From an uncultured Acidobacteriota bacterium (lineage in GTDB: Bacteria > Acidobacteriota > UBA6911): a stretch of DNA of 64,000 nt. The DNA lies in the NCBI GenBank assembly GCA_964441405.1, contig CAYTYP010000002.1, positions 76,606 to 140,605 of the forward strand, in the 5' to 3' direction. Made by a program: the position numbers and the translations under genes. This document shows positions 9,197 through 19,546 of this stretch, piece after piece; positions within the stretch are counted from its first letter, which is position 1; each line of letters opens with the position of its first letter. The notes beneath the pieces are model-generated. The model was not told where the DNA came from and searched no databases. It was given only the letters and a program-made list of their open reading frames with translations.

Positions 9197-10885
9197 TTAT
9201 TTTCGTAACAGATCGTCCATTGCCGATGAGAGTTCCGCAAGCCCGTTGGAAGCATTTTCGCCAAGGTCGATTTTCAGAATGCGTCTGCCGCGGCTTTTCA
9301 ATGCCTGGAAATCACCTTCAGCCTGGGCTTGAATAAGCTGACCGAATGTGAAGTTTTTCCCTGGGACTTGCAAGTCGACTTCAGGTCGTTCTGTCTGATC
9401 CACCAGTTGCAGGAAAGCGCCTGTGTCGGGTCCGCCTTTATGCAACTGACCGGTTGAATGCAAAAAACGCGGACCAAATCCAACCGTAGTTGCGACGTGC
9501 AAACTGTCCCGCAATTTATTTCGTATCTCTTCGATCTCGTTTGAAATTTTTGCGTCTGGAGCGAGATAAGCCTGGATTCCTATGTAGTCTCCCTGATTTA
9601 TCGAGCCGATGAATTTTCTCAGTTCATCCGAGAGCTGTTTTTTCCGGAACACGCCGACGCTATCGCCGCCCGTTTTTTCTTCTTTTTTCTGTTCCATAGC
9701 TTTTTTAGCCAGGTCTTTGGCGAGTTGAACGTCCGGTTGATCGAACGGATCGATTTGCAGGATCGCGCCTGCAGCGGCTGTCGCGAATTCCCATCGAAAA
9801 ATTTCCTGGCCGAGATCGGATAATTCGGCAAGGTTTATTCGGATTAACGGGTGACCTGCCGCCTGAAGCGCTTTTAGCTTATTTTCAGGTTCACTTGTAT
9901 TTCGCGACAATGAAATCCAAACGAAAACTCGATCTTTCCCATAGTTTTCTATTGCGCCTAAAGACTCGCCTGCGACGGGAACTAAGCCCTTGTCGTTTTT
10001 GCCGGTGCTCTCGGCGATGAGTTGCTCCAGCCAAAGCGGGAATGAGGAGAACTCCTTTGCTGTGATGAAGGTTATTTTATCTCGCCCTGAAAGTCCAAGC
10101 TCTCCCAACGCGACTCCCAGAGATAATCCGGGATTTTGTGAGTGATCGGAAGTACTTTTGCAGGCCTCCGCCATTGTCCAGGCATTATTCAGCATGCGTC
10201 CGATATCGACGCCGATCAGCGCCGCCGGCACTATTCCAAAGACCGATAAAGCGGAATAGCGTCCTCCTACATCTTCCGGCGCCGGGAATATGCAACGGAA
10301 GCCCCGGTCTTCCGCCAGTTTTACCAGGGGAGTTCCGGGATCTGTAATGGCGACAAAATTGCGCCCGGGATTGAGGGTGACGCGGGCGGTTCGATCCCAG
10401 AAATAAGCGAACAAGCTGAGGGTTTCCAGCGTTGTTCCCGATTTGCTGGATACGAGAAACAAAGTCTTGAGTGGATCTATTTTTGATTCCACCGCTCTGA
10501 TTGCAGATGGGTGCGTGCTGTCGAGGGTGATGAGTTTTGGACGGCCTTGTGCGTTTCCGAATGTTTCCTGGAAAACGGCCGGAGCTAAACTTGAGCCTCC
10601 CATGCCCAGCAAAACAACGTGCCGGCATCCCTCATCCTTGATCTCCTGAGCGAAATGGACGATTGCGCCGACTTGTTTTTGCATCGATTCCGGAAGACAT
10701 AGCCAGCCCAAACGGTCAATGATTTCTTGTGAAGAAGATTCGGCCGGCCATACGGTTGGATCCTTGCGCCAGATTCTGCCTGTTAAATCTTTTTCCACCC
10801 ACTCGTGCAACCGATTTTCGACGGTTGCTTTTGAACCGCCAGGATCCAAGCTCAGTGGATTGGGATTATTTGTTCGGTCAGCCAT
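9197..10885 (-). CDS. pgi: Glucose-6-phosphate isomerase.
   Basis: PGI signatures LGMGGSSLAPAVF, VSSKSGTTLETL and DVGGRYSALSVFG are present. Confidence 0.85.
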   Translation of the reverse strand: MADRTNNPNPLSLDPGGSKATVENRLHEWVEKDLTGRIWRKDPTVWPAESSSQEIIDRLGWLCLPESMQKQVGAIVHFAQEIKDEGCRHVVLLGMGGSSLAPAVFQETFGNAQGRPKLITLDSTHPSAIRAVESKIDPLKTLFLVSSKSGTTLETLSLFAYFWDRTARVTLNPGRNFVAITDPGTPLVKLAEDRGFRCIFPAPEDVGGRYSALSVFGIVPAALIGVDIGRMLNNAWTMAEACKSTSDHSQNPGLSLGVALGELGLSGRDKITFITAKEFSSFPLWLEQLIAESTGKNDKGLVPVAGESLGAIENYGKDRVFVWISLSRNTSEPENKLKALQAAGHPLIRINLAELSDLGQEIFRWEFATAAAGAILQIDPFDQPDVQLAKDLAKKAMEQKKEEKTGGDSVGVFRKKQLSDELRKFIGSINQGDYIGIQAYLAPDAKISNEIEEIRNKLRDSLHVATTVGFGPRFLHSTGQLHKGGPDTGAFLQLVDQTERPEVDLQVPGKNFTFGQLIQAQAEGDFQALKSRGRRILKIDLGENASNGLAELSSAMDDLLRK

Positions 10886-10953
10886 GATTATTCTCTCTCA
10901 CGATTTTTCTGCAGTGCGCTCTCAAAGGATTCTTCACTATCAGCAAAGTGCAA

Positions 10954-11817
10954 TTATATAACATCCAAGGAGAGGTTCAATGAAGGCGCGCTATGGGTAA
11001 TCCAGCCGATCGAAATCAGATCCACGCCGGTCTCCGCGACAGCCAGGGCTGTTTGTGGTGTGATCCCGCCGGAGGCTTCCGTCAGGACTCGCCCTTTGGC
11101 CATCCGGACAGCTTCCGCAAGTATTTCTACCGACATATTGTCAAGCAGCACTGCATCGATTTTCTCTTTCAATGCCAGTTCCAATTGTGAAAGCGTATCG
11201 ACTTCCACTTCAATCTTGACCATGTGTCCGATCCATTCGTGAATTCTCCGGATAGCTTCAGAAACACCCCCCGCAACCTGGATGTGATTGTCTTTGATAA
11301 GAACGGCGTCGTCCAATCCAAATCTGTGATTGGAGCCTCCTCCGGCGCGCACTGCATACTTCTCAAGAGTCCGAAGCCCGGGAGTTGTTTTTCTTGTGCA
11401 GACAATTTTAACCGGATGTGGAGCAATGGACGCGACTATATCCCGTGTCGCTGTTGCGATGCCTGAAAGATGGGCAAGAAAATTTAAAGCTGTTCTCTCA
11501 GCAGTGAGAATCGGGCGGGCGGGACCCTGAACGGTTGCAAGCGTATCGCCCGGATTGACATCTTGTCCGTCATGGACTCGAACGTCAAAGTTCAGCTGAG
11601 AATCGAGAAAGTGGAAAGCGTATCCGGCGATTTCCATTCCAGCGATCCTGCCGGAGGCGCGCGATACAATTGTTCCGGAAGCAGCGTCCTGCTGCGTGAC
11701 GATGGAATCGGTTGTAACGTCTCCCGCCCTGCCAAGATCCTCGACGAACGCCCGGCGCACCTGTTCCTCATAAAAGATCGGGTAAAGCGGTGGAAACTGA
11801 TTAGGATAATTGTGCAT
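10954..11817 (-). CDS. nadC: Nicotinate-nucleotide pyrophosphorylase (carboxylating), also called quinolinate phosphoribosyltransferase.
   Basis: QPRTase family similarity (TRKTTPGLRTLEKYAVRAGGGSNHRFGLDDAVLIKDNH). ATG at 11817 is preferred over the TTG at 11847. The gene lies 1 bp downstream of the nadA stop. Confidence 0.85.
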   Translation of the reverse strand: MHNYPNQFPPLYPIFYEEQVRRAFVEDLGRAGDVTTDSIVTQQDAASGTIVSRASGRIAGMEIAGYAFHFLDSQLNFDVRVHDGQDVNPGDTLATVQGPARPILTAERTALNFLAHLSGIATATRDIVASIAPHPVKIVCTRKTTPGLRTLEKYAVRAGGGSNHRFGLDDAVLIKDNHIQVAGGVSEAIRRIHEWIGHMVKIEVEVDTLSQLELALKEKIDAVLLDNMSVEILAEAVRMAKGRVLTEASGGITPQTALAVAETGVDLISIGWITHSAPSLNLSLDVI

Positions 11818-11818
11818 A

Positions 11819-12817
11819 TTAGCGGACCGGCGGCCGCCCAAGATCAAGCATTCGCTGCACCGCTCGCCTTGCTCGTTGGGCCATCAACGAATCCACTTCG
11901 ACTGCATATTTCATGTTTTTCAGCGAGTCCAGGATTTTGGGCAATGTGATTTGTTTCATGTGCGGGCATAGATTGCAAGGGCGCACAAACTCGATTTCGG
12001 GAAATTGCACTGCAACGTTGTCGCTCATCGAGCATTCTGTAACCAGCAATACTCGACGGGGCTTTCTGCCGGCGACTTCATGGATCATGCCTGCGGTGGA
12101 TCCTACATAATCCGATTCGGCTAAGACGTCCGGAGAGCATTCCGGATGCGCCAAAATTACGATATCAGGATAAAGCTCTCGATAGACTCGTAAATCCTCG
12201 GCTGTGAACTTTTCATGCACTTCGCAATGACCCTTCCAGAGAATTATTTCGACATTGGTCCGGCCGGCTACATAAAGGCCCAGATACTCATCCGGCAGAA
12301 AAATCACCCGATCGGATCCCAATGAATTTACGACCTGCACGGCGTTGGCTGACGTGCAGCAAATATCCGATTCTGCTTTGACCTCAGCTGAAGTGTTTAC
12401 ATAGGTAACTACCGGGACGCCGGGGTATTGCCGGCGCAATTTCCGGACATCCTCGCCGGTAATAGAAGCCGCCAAAGAACAACCGGCTTGCAAGTCCGGG
12501 ATCAAGACTGTTTTGGAAGGATTGAGGATTTTGGCTGTCTCTGCCATAAAATGAACGCCGCAGAGCACTATAACTTCCGCCTCTGTCTTGGCGGCCTCGA
12601 TTGCCAGAGCTAAAGAGTCTCCCGTCAAATCCGCAACGCCATGGAAAATTTCCGGCGTCTGATAATTATGAGCCAGGATTATAGCTTTGCGCTTGAGTTT
12701 TAGTTCCAGGATTTCATTGATGTAAGGGGCATGAACCGGCCATTGCAACCGTTCGTAGATCAATTTTGCCCGATCCACAGTTTCCGGAGCTTCCATCACT
12801 GCGATATTCTCTTCCAC
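11819..12817 (-). CDS. nadA: Quinolinate synthase NadA.
   Basis: NadA family similarity throughout (ILAHNYQ...VHFMAE...CCTSANA...ILAHPEC). The start is GTG at 12817, or ATG at 12796. Confidence 0.9.
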   Translation of the reverse strand: MEENIAVMEAPETVDRAKLIYERLQWPVHAPYINEILELKLKRKAIILAHNYQTPEIFHGVADLTGDSLALAIEAAKTEAEVIVLCGVHFMAETAKILNPSKTVLIPDLQAGCSLAASITGEDVRKLRRQYPGVPVVTYVNTSAEVKAESDICCTSANAVQVVNSLGSDRVIFLPDEYLGLYVAGRTNVEIILWKGHCEVHEKFTAEDLRVYRELYPDIVILAHPECSPDVLAESDYVGSTAGMIHEVAGRKPRRVLLVTECSMSDNVAVQFPEIEFVRPCNLCPHMKQITLPKILDSLKNMKYAVEVDSLMAQRARRAVQRMLDLGRPPVR

Positions 12818-12837
12818 TGCAACCTCCCCAAGCCTCT

Positions 12838-12860
12838 CTTATGCTCATATTGAGCATAAG
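12838..12860. promoter_or_regulatory. Perfect 10-3-10 palindrome CTTATGCTCA-TAT-TGAGCATAAG, 21 bp upstream of the nadA start. A second imperfect copy lies at about 12902-12924. Candidate operator of a NAD-biosynthesis regulator.
   Basis: Read directly from the sequence. The half-site TGAGCATAAG recurs at 12915-12924. Confidence 0.4.
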
Positions 12861-13115
12861 AGTTGAGAAAAAAAATGGCCCGCCCTATGGGCCAGTAGCT
12901 GCTTATACTAATACTGAGCATAAGTCCTGTCAATTGCATAATAGGATTCTTTTTTGATGATTTTTATGAAGTCAATTTGCATTGAAACCTTGAATAGTGT
13001 ATATTGCTTATAAGTAGTTAGATAGGGCTATTGTGAAAGTGAATGGCAGAAGCATTCTGGTTGATTCGGGAAATAGCCGGAAAAAGCAGCGTTAAGTGGA
13101 GTTTGGCTGCGGGAG

Positions 13116-14333
13116 GTGTTTATGAAACACTCCAGGATTTTCTGCAGAGCTTTAAAAATTCTGATGGTTTTGGCAATATTGCCCTGGGCTGTCGCCCAAC
13201 AAAGCGGGAGTTCCGGAACCGGCGAAGAAACAACCGATCCCAACTCTTCAACACTCCAAACGACAAACCCCCTTCAGAGTTCACTCTCCGGGACCGAGTC
13301 TCAGGAGGAACTGGTCTTCATTATGGGCAAGGTTGTCTTGGAAGACGGGACGCCTCCTCCATTCGGAGCCGTGATCGAGAGGGACTGTTCGGGATCGTTG
13401 ATCAAAGAAGCGACTGTGGACATGGCCGGCCATTATAATTTTAAGGTTGGGGATAAGAACAGGAAAAGCCGCTTAAACCCGGATGCCAGTCTGTCGATCG
13501 AACAAGATCCTATCAGCTATTCCACCTCTATTGATGGCATGATTCCGACGCCGTTGGTTTCCAAACTATTCGGCTGCGAGTTGAGAGCTCAGCTTGCAGG
13601 TTATCAATCCACGTCAATTGTTTTGGGAAGCGAGCCCGGAAACGGATTGATCGAAGTTGACGCAATCGTGCTCTATCCAAAAACGCGACTGCGGGAAAGG
13701 ATTGTCAGCACTGCGAATTTGCGAGCGCCCCAGGCCGCCCAAAAAGCACTGCAAAATGCCGCGAAAGCATTCAAAAATGATGAATCCAAAAAAGCGGAGA
13801 AGTTGATAAAAAGGGCCATTGAGATTTATCCCAACTATGCCGAAGCATGGCTTGTGTTAGGGGATGTTTATGAAGAGATGGATCTCGATAAGGGAGCGCG
13901 GGATGCGTATAGAAAAGCAATTGAGATCGATAAACTGTTTATAGGTCCTTACATTGGATTGGCTCGTCTTTCGGCCAAGGAAAACAAGTGGCTGGATGTG
14001 ATTGAATTGACGGAACAGGCATTGGATCTGGATCCAATCGCTATTCCCGAAGGACATTACCTGAATACGTTGGCCAACTACAAATTGAACAGGTTGGACC
14101 GTGCAGAGAAGAGCGCTCTCCGGGGGCGGCGCATGGACTTGGAGAATCGGATACCTAAAATAAATCTTATTTTAGCCAATGTTCTTGCGAGAAAAAATGA
14201 TCCTGTAGGAGCGGCTGCAGCGATGAAAGCCTATTTAAAGGCTGCGCCCTACGCTCCTGACGCAGCTTTTATCCGCTCGCGCATACAGGAAAGCGAAAAA
14301 CTCGCGAAAATAAAAACCGGCAATACGAATTGA
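13116..14333 (+). CDS. Secreted protein with a carboxypeptidase-regulatory-like domain followed by TPR repeats.
   Basis: Signal peptide present. TPR helices AEKLIKRAIEIYPNYAEAWLVLGDVYEEMD..ARDAYRKAIEIDKLF. Confidence 0.5.
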   Translation: MFMKHSRIFCRALKILMVLAILPWAVAQQSGSSGTGEETTDPNSSTLQTTNPLQSSLSGTESQEELVFIMGKVVLEDGTPPPFGAVIERDCSGSLIKEATVDMAGHYNFKVGDKNRKSRLNPDASLSIEQDPISYSTSIDGMIPTPLVSKLFGCELRAQLAGYQSTSIVLGSEPGNGLIEVDAIVLYPKTRLRERIVSTANLRAPQAAQKALQNAAKAFKNDESKKAEKLIKRAIEIYPNYAEAWLVLGDVYEEMDLDKGARDAYRKAIEIDKLFIGPYIGLARLSAKENKWLDVIELTEQALDLDPIAIPEGHYLNTLANYKLNRLDRAEKSALRGRRMDLENRIPKINLILANVLARKNDPVGAAAAMKAYLKAAPYAPDAAFIRSRIQESEKLAKIKTGNTN

Positions 14334-14469
14334 CGGTTGCAACCTGAACTAAAACAACGCCACGGAATCGAACACAGAGTACACGGAATTTATTGCTTTA
14401 TTTCTGTGTGCTCCGTGATGGGTTCCGTGGCGTTGTTGTTTTAGCCGGTTTATTCGGAATTTCAGTGAC
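14331..14469. repeat. GCCACGGAA-family palindromic element, long form of about 136 bp. It begins at the TGA stop of the upstream gene and sits between convergent genes.
   Basis: About 90% identical to 49749-49883, including the flanks TGACGG(T/C)TGCA and ccggtttattcggaattt..gtgac. The outer stem is ctaaaacaacgccacggaa / ttccgtggcgttgttgttttag. Confidence 0.8.
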
Positions 14470-14489
14470 TGTTTTTCTGAAGTAACAGA

Positions 14490-16883
14490 CTAGAACTTAT
14501 ATCTCCCGTTGAAATACCAGTTCCGGCCCGCCTCAGGATAGCCGACCGAATAATAGTAATCACGATCGAAAAGATTTTTAATCCCTGCCTGTACTGAAAA
14601 TCCTGCAGCTATCGGGACAACTGTTCCGATGTCCATTGTGCCGAAGGATGATCCGTAAGGCAGGTGTACCGGTGTATATGTTGTGTCTTGAAGGGTGATG
14701 CCGCCCTCGTATCTTATTGTTGCCAAAGCCAAAATTTTGCGAGGAAGCTCGCCGGTTGCGTTGAAAATGAACTTATGCTTGGGCATCCCCATCAGCAAAT
14801 CAATTTGTGTATTGACTTGGCTCACATCCGGCATGTCGGAAAATTGATAATCCAGGTTGCGGTTGATATAGCTGTAGTTCGCATCCAAAGTAAGACGAGC
14901 TATGGGAGTGCTGCGTATGCTGATCTCCGCTCCCTGGTGCGATTCCTTGGCAATGTTTACGAATTTGCCGCAATACCCTTTTATCTTGCTGTCGGGACAC
15001 ACCCCTTGGGTATCAAGAATGCTTACAGAATGGATCGAATCGCGCATGTCATTGTGGAAGTATTCAATCTGAGCCAGCGTCTTGGCTCCCAGGTAACGTG
15101 AGTAACCGATGTTCCAGTTCCTGCTGTGTTCCGGTTTTAAATCGGGATTGGCTACAGAGGATCGGAATTTGGTGGAATAATTCTCACTGAGCAGCGGGAA
15201 GCGGCCTCTGTCGGCAAAAGTCATAAAAATAGTGTTGCTGGTAGCAAAATTATAAGAAACGGACGCCTGTGGATTATAGGTCCACACATTCGGCAAACAT
15301 CCGCGCAAACTTGTGTTGGTAGGATCTGCATTGCAGGTGAGTCCCAGAAGAGCTGATTTGGCCTTGTTGTATTGCGTTGCATGCAGTCCCTTCAGATGAT
15401 CAGCGCTGAAGCCGAATGTAGCCCGCAGATGGGATGTGATTGCGATGACATCCTGGAATCCCAGTGAAAATGTCTGTGATCGATCGAGCTCCGTGGGGGT
15501 TTTGGGAATAAAATCGGTGCTCTTGTGGGTATCATCTTTGAAAAAGAAGGAAGCGCCGAGGGCATTTCGCGGTACGATTCGGGTGGCAAACTCAACCGAT
15601 GCGCCGCCGGTATGATCGTCATATTCCGTATAGAACGCGCTTTTCCCCAGCTGAGTGGCATACGTGTAATCATCATAGTTTCTGAGGCCGTTCTTGAACT
15701 GATCATAGAACAGGCGGAACTTGATAGAGCTCTTTTCCCCCAGTCCCGTATTGGTGAGGACGTAATAGCTGTATTTATTCCAGAAAGGCCATTTCCAGAA
15801 CCTGACGCCGCTGGGATTCTCATTAGGCCCGGCATACATGGGCGTGCTTTTTACGCCTTTCTGATTGATGTAGCTGAAAACATATTGGTCCTGGCCTTTG
15901 GGTGTGAATCCGATACGTCCGCTGTATTTGGCGTCTTGTGTATCGGATTGATTCCGTTCATAAGTGGTCTGACTGTATGGTTTTAATGGTTCCTGAAGCG
16001 GAAAATTGCCGGACAGCGGAATGAAATCCTGTTGCAGCCAATCCACTGAACCTTGAAAAAAGAACTTTTCGAGACGCGATCCAAGCTGCAGAGAAGACAT
16101 GAACAAGTCTCCCGACCCGGTTCCGACGGTTGCGTTCGCCTCAAATTTCTTTTCCGGCTGTCTAGAGACGAGGTTGATCGAGCCTCCCAGGTTGTTGGCG
16201 CCCATCAAGGGAGACGAATAGCCCTTGGCGACGTTAATTTCTGCAATGTCGCTTGTAAGAAACCGGCTGAAATCCAGTCTTCCGTCATAGGCTACTTGAA
16301 TTGGGATGCCATCCAAATAAAGAGGGAATTGGCCCTGGCTTGTATATCCGCGCAACCGTACTTTCATTTCATTTCGTGAGGCAGTGCGTTCGAGCGTCAA
16401 ACCCGGCAGATAATCAATCGCTGCTGCTACGGTAGTCGCTTGTCGATTCTGAATTTCGGTACGATCGATGCTTTCGGTTACGGGCGCCAAAGGGGAGGCT
16501 TCCGATGTGACGCTTACGGTCGTAACGCCTAGATTGAAAGGTTGGCTCGGGTCTTCTTTTAAAATGGCTTGAATAGCCTCATTGATTGAAGAGACCTGGG
16601 CTTTGATCGTTTCCGCATTCCACGGCTCAGCCGGCGCCGGCTGAAGCTTGACTGTTGTAGAGGGGTGCATCTTCAGCCAGAGATCAATTCCTTTGCGAAT
16701 CATCACAATGGCAGGTTTATTAGCCGTCAATACATCGGGGGATGCATTTTTAAGAGAAGCAAGATCGCTTGACCATTGGAGCAATTGTTTTGTTTGCGCC
16801 TGCAATGCGAAAGTTCCAGCAAGAACGCATATAATCAATCCGAGCATTGCAATCCGGATAGTTCCGCCAAGTTTGAAGCACAT
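14490..16883 (-). CDS. TonB-dependent outer-membrane receptor.
   Basis: Signal peptide present. The C-terminal strand ...YFNGRYKF ends in the terminal aromatic typical of these barrels. A plug/barrel-like region is present. The ATG at 16883 is preferred over the TTG at 16925. Confidence 0.75.
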   Translation of the reverse strand: MCFKLGGTIRIAMLGLIICVLAGTFALQAQTKQLLQWSSDLASLKNASPDVLTANKPAIVMIRKGIDLWLKMHPSTTVKLQPAPAEPWNAETIKAQVSSINEAIQAILKEDPSQPFNLGVTTVSVTSEASPLAPVTESIDRTEIQNRQATTVAAAIDYLPGLTLERTASRNEMKVRLRGYTSQGQFPLYLDGIPIQVAYDGRLDFSRFLTSDIAEINVAKGYSSPLMGANNLGGSINLVSRQPEKKFEANATVGTGSGDLFMSSLQLGSRLEKFFFQGSVDWLQQDFIPLSGNFPLQEPLKPYSQTTYERNQSDTQDAKYSGRIGFTPKGQDQYVFSYINQKGVKSTPMYAGPNENPSGVRFWKWPFWNKYSYYVLTNTGLGEKSSIKFRLFYDQFKNGLRNYDDYTYATQLGKSAFYTEYDDHTGGASVEFATRIVPRNALGASFFFKDDTHKSTDFIPKTPTELDRSQTFSLGFQDVIAITSHLRATFGFSADHLKGLHATQYNKAKSALLGLTCNADPTNTSLRGCLPNVWTYNPQASVSYNFATSNTIFMTFADRGRFPLLSENYSTKFRSSVANPDLKPEHSRNWNIGYSRYLGAKTLAQIEYFHNDMRDSIHSVSILDTQGVCPDSKIKGYCGKFVNIAKESHQGAEISIRSTPIARLTLDANYSYINRNLDYQFSDMPDVSQVNTQIDLLMGMPKHKFIFNATGELPRKILALATIRYEGGITLQDTTYTPVHLPYGSSFGTMDIGTVVPIAAGFSVQAGIKNLFDRDYYYSVGYPEAGRNWYFNGRYKF

Positions 16884-17106
16884 CGGTATTCTCCTTTTAA
16901 TTCTAAATCCATTTTGAATAAACAAACATTAAATAACAAAATATGACCAAGGATCAATAGATATTACGAGTATTAGAGGGAAAAGCAATCTAGGGGTAGG
17001 CTATTTCCCGTTTTTTTGCAGTAGGCCATGCTAAGAATTAGTTTCGCGGCTGCGACTCTTTGCTGTTAAATAGAGTAATACCAATCGAGAGAAGGAGGCC
17101 GACTCT

Positions 17107-17793
17107 ATGGCTGAATCCAAAAAGGTTTTAAGAAGGGATTTTCTTACTATTGGCGGTTCTGCAATTGCCTCTGGAGCTTTCGGCTCAAGCGCGCCTACAG
17201 CATCGGCTGCGACTAATCCAAGCTATAAAGCATCCACGGGATATCTGGTTTACGACAGCCGGTTGTGCTTTGGTTGTCAAAGCTGTATGTTCGCCTGCTC
17301 CATGACCCATGAAGGAGAAGCGAATCCTTCATTGTCCAGGATCCAAATAATTCGTGACTCTCCTTCTTTCACTAAATATCCATACGACATAGTCATGTCT
17401 GTCTGCCGGCAGTGCATTACTCCTCTATGCGTTCAGAATTGTCCTACGGGCGCCTGCCATGTGGATGAGCAAAACGGCAATGTTAGGATGATCGATGAAT
17501 CGAAGTGCATAGGCTGTAAAACGTGCATTGACGCCTGTCCGCAAAGACCTCACCGAACAATCTGGAATTCCGCAAAAAAGAAATCGACAAAATGCGATTT
17601 ATGCGCCAGTGCGCCCTCCTGGAGTGAAACAGGAGGGCCGGGCGGTCGCCAGGCCTGTGTTGAAATCTGCCCGGCAAAGGCGATTAAGTTGGTTAAGGAG
17701 ACTCCGCCACAATCAGATACTGCCGGATATGATATCAACTTGGCGCCGCCTGTGCGTCCCAAAACCATCCCTTCGAAACCGGCGGAAAAATAA
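17107..17793 (+). CDS. Tat-targeted 4Fe-4S ferredoxin-type subunit (DmsB/NrfC/HybA-like).
   Basis: Twin-arginine motif RRDFLTIGG. Four Cys clusters are present (CFGCQSCMFAC, CRQCITPLCVQNCP, CIGCKTCIDACP, CDLC...CVEICP). Confidence 0.75.
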   Translation: MAESKKVLRRDFLTIGGSAIASGAFGSSAPTASAATNPSYKASTGYLVYDSRLCFGCQSCMFACSMTHEGEANPSLSRIQIIRDSPSFTKYPYDIVMSVCRQCITPLCVQNCPTGACHVDEQNGNVRMIDESKCIGCKTCIDACPQRPHRTIWNSAKKKSTKCDLCASAPSWSETGGPGGRQACVEICPAKAIKLVKETPPQSDTAGYDINLAPPVRPKTIPSKPAEK

Positions 17794-17987
17794 ACTGGGC
17801 GTGAGGAGGAACTGATTAACGGGTACGCGGGAAAAACATCGGAACAAAAACGCATTAGGCGAGGTAAAAAAGAAACGGGGCGGCCCTGAATTAAGTAAAC
17901 TGAAAGTGTCCCGCCGTCAGAACCCAATTCAATGAAAAAGCCGCCCTCCCTCTCCGTATCGGTAAAATAAATATTTTATTAAGCTCT

Positions 17988-19394
17988 TTAATAAATAAGA
18001 TTATGCAGCGCCTTCATTGCTGTTCCGGTATCGCGAGCATCCAGAACCAGGCTGATGGAGACTTCGGATGAGCCTTGGGCAATAGCAATGACATTAGCTC
18101 CGTTGCTTCCGAGCGCGCTGAAAATACGACCGGAGACTCCCGGCGTGTTGCGCATTCCTTCTCCAACAACAGTAATAATTACCAAATCTTCGGTGTTCCA
18201 TACTCCGTCTATGTCGTGCCGGGCAATTTCCGCTGCGAATTCCTGTCGCAGCGCATTGCAGACTTCCGATGAAGATGCCTGCGGAACGGCAAAGCAGATG
18301 GATTGTTCGGAGGAAGCCTGAGAAATCAGGTGAACGCTGGTTCCTGTTTCCGCAACAGCCTTGAAAGTGCGAGCTGCAACGCCTACCACGCCCATCATTC
18401 CTCGGCCTTCGACGGTGATCAAATGAACGCCTTGTATTTCGGTAATGGCCCTTATTACGCCAGGGTCTCGAGTCTTGCGCTCACGGACGACAAAAGTGCC
18501 CGGTTTTTCCGGGGCGAATGTATTGCAAACGCGCAACCCTATACCCTTGTCTATAACCGGGCGAATAGTCTTCGGGTGAAGAACCTTGGCTCCGAAATAT
18601 GCCAATTCAGCTACTTCCCGGAACGTCAACTCCGGAATTGTATGAGCTTCAGGGATAAAGCGAGGATCGGCTGTCATAATCCCCTCCACATCGGTCCAAA
18701 TCCATACTTCATCCGCATCGAGAATAGCGCCTAGAACAGCTGCCGAATAATCGCTGCCGCCGCGTCCAAGAGTGGTGGGAATCCCTTCGGATGTCGCTCC
18801 GATAAAACCTGTTACAATGGGCGTGCCGCCTTGCGAAAATATCGGTTCCAGCCGGCCTAGTGTTTTTAAGGAACTGGCTGAAAAATCCGGCGCGGCCGAC
18901 TGATAATGAGCGTCGGTTACGATCAGATCCGATGCATCCACCGCTGCAGCCTTCAATCCCCTTTCCTGCAAAGCAGCGGAAAACAACCTGGCCGATAATC
19001 GCTCGCCCAGACCGGCAATTGCGTCTAAGGCGCGGGGCGTTGCTTCGCCCAAAATAGTGATTGCTTCACCAAGGCGACTGAATTCATCGATCAGTTCATC
19101 CATTTGTATTTTGAACTGATCTTGACGCTCCCCTACGGGTAGAAAAGCCTGGGCCATAGCCATATGACGAGATCTTAATTCAGCATCCGCTTTGAGATAC
19201 GCGTCCGGTTTTCCCTGTGCAGCCTGGACTGCGCTATCGAGCAGAAGGTTCGTTGCGCCCGATAATGCGGAAACCACCACGACCATCCGCGACCAATTCA
19301 GCTTATTGGATTCGACGATTCTTAGAGCATTCGTGAGAGCTTCTCCTGATCCAACCGATGTCCCTCCGAACTTCATTACCAGCGTTTTATTCAT
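17988..19394 (-). CDS. lysC: Aspartate kinase.
   Basis: The N-terminal motif VMKFGGTSVG and the amino-acid kinase fold are present, with C-terminal ACT-like repeats. Confidence 0.85.
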   Translation of the reverse strand: MNKTLVMKFGGTSVGSGEALTNALRIVESNKLNWSRMVVVVSALSGATNLLLDSAVQAAQGKPDAYLKADAELRSRHMAMAQAFLPVGERQDQFKIQMDELIDEFSRLGEAITILGEATPRALDAIAGLGERLSARLFSAALQERGLKAAAVDASDLIVTDAHYQSAAPDFSASSLKTLGRLEPIFSQGGTPIVTGFIGATSEGIPTTLGRGGSDYSAAVLGAILDADEVWIWTDVEGIMTADPRFIPEAHTIPELTFREVAELAYFGAKVLHPKTIRPVIDKGIGLRVCNTFAPEKPGTFVVRERKTRDPGVIRAITEIQGVHLITVEGRGMMGVVGVAARTFKAVAETGTSVHLISQASSEQSICFAVPQASSSEVCNALRQEFAAEIARHDIDGVWNTEDLVIITVVGEGMRNTPGVSGRIFSALGSNGANVIAIAQGSSEVSISLVLDARDTGTAMKALHNLIY

Positions 19395-19546
19395 AAGCGA
19401 TCTCAGGATGGATGGTTTAGTGGTACGAAAAATATTAGCACATTTCTCAAAAAAATTTGGAATCCCTGGTGTGCGAATGCTGCCAATTTACGTTCTATTG
19501 ATTTGTATGCATAAAAAGCCTTCATTTTCATCAAACCGGAGCGGCA

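Noticed and set aside
17794-17987. A lysine riboswitch or small RNA between the 4Fe-4S gene and lysC.
   Set aside because: The region is downstream (3') of lysC on its strand. The true lysC upstream region (19395-19546) is only ~150 bp, is shared with the blaI promoter, and lacks lysine-box features.
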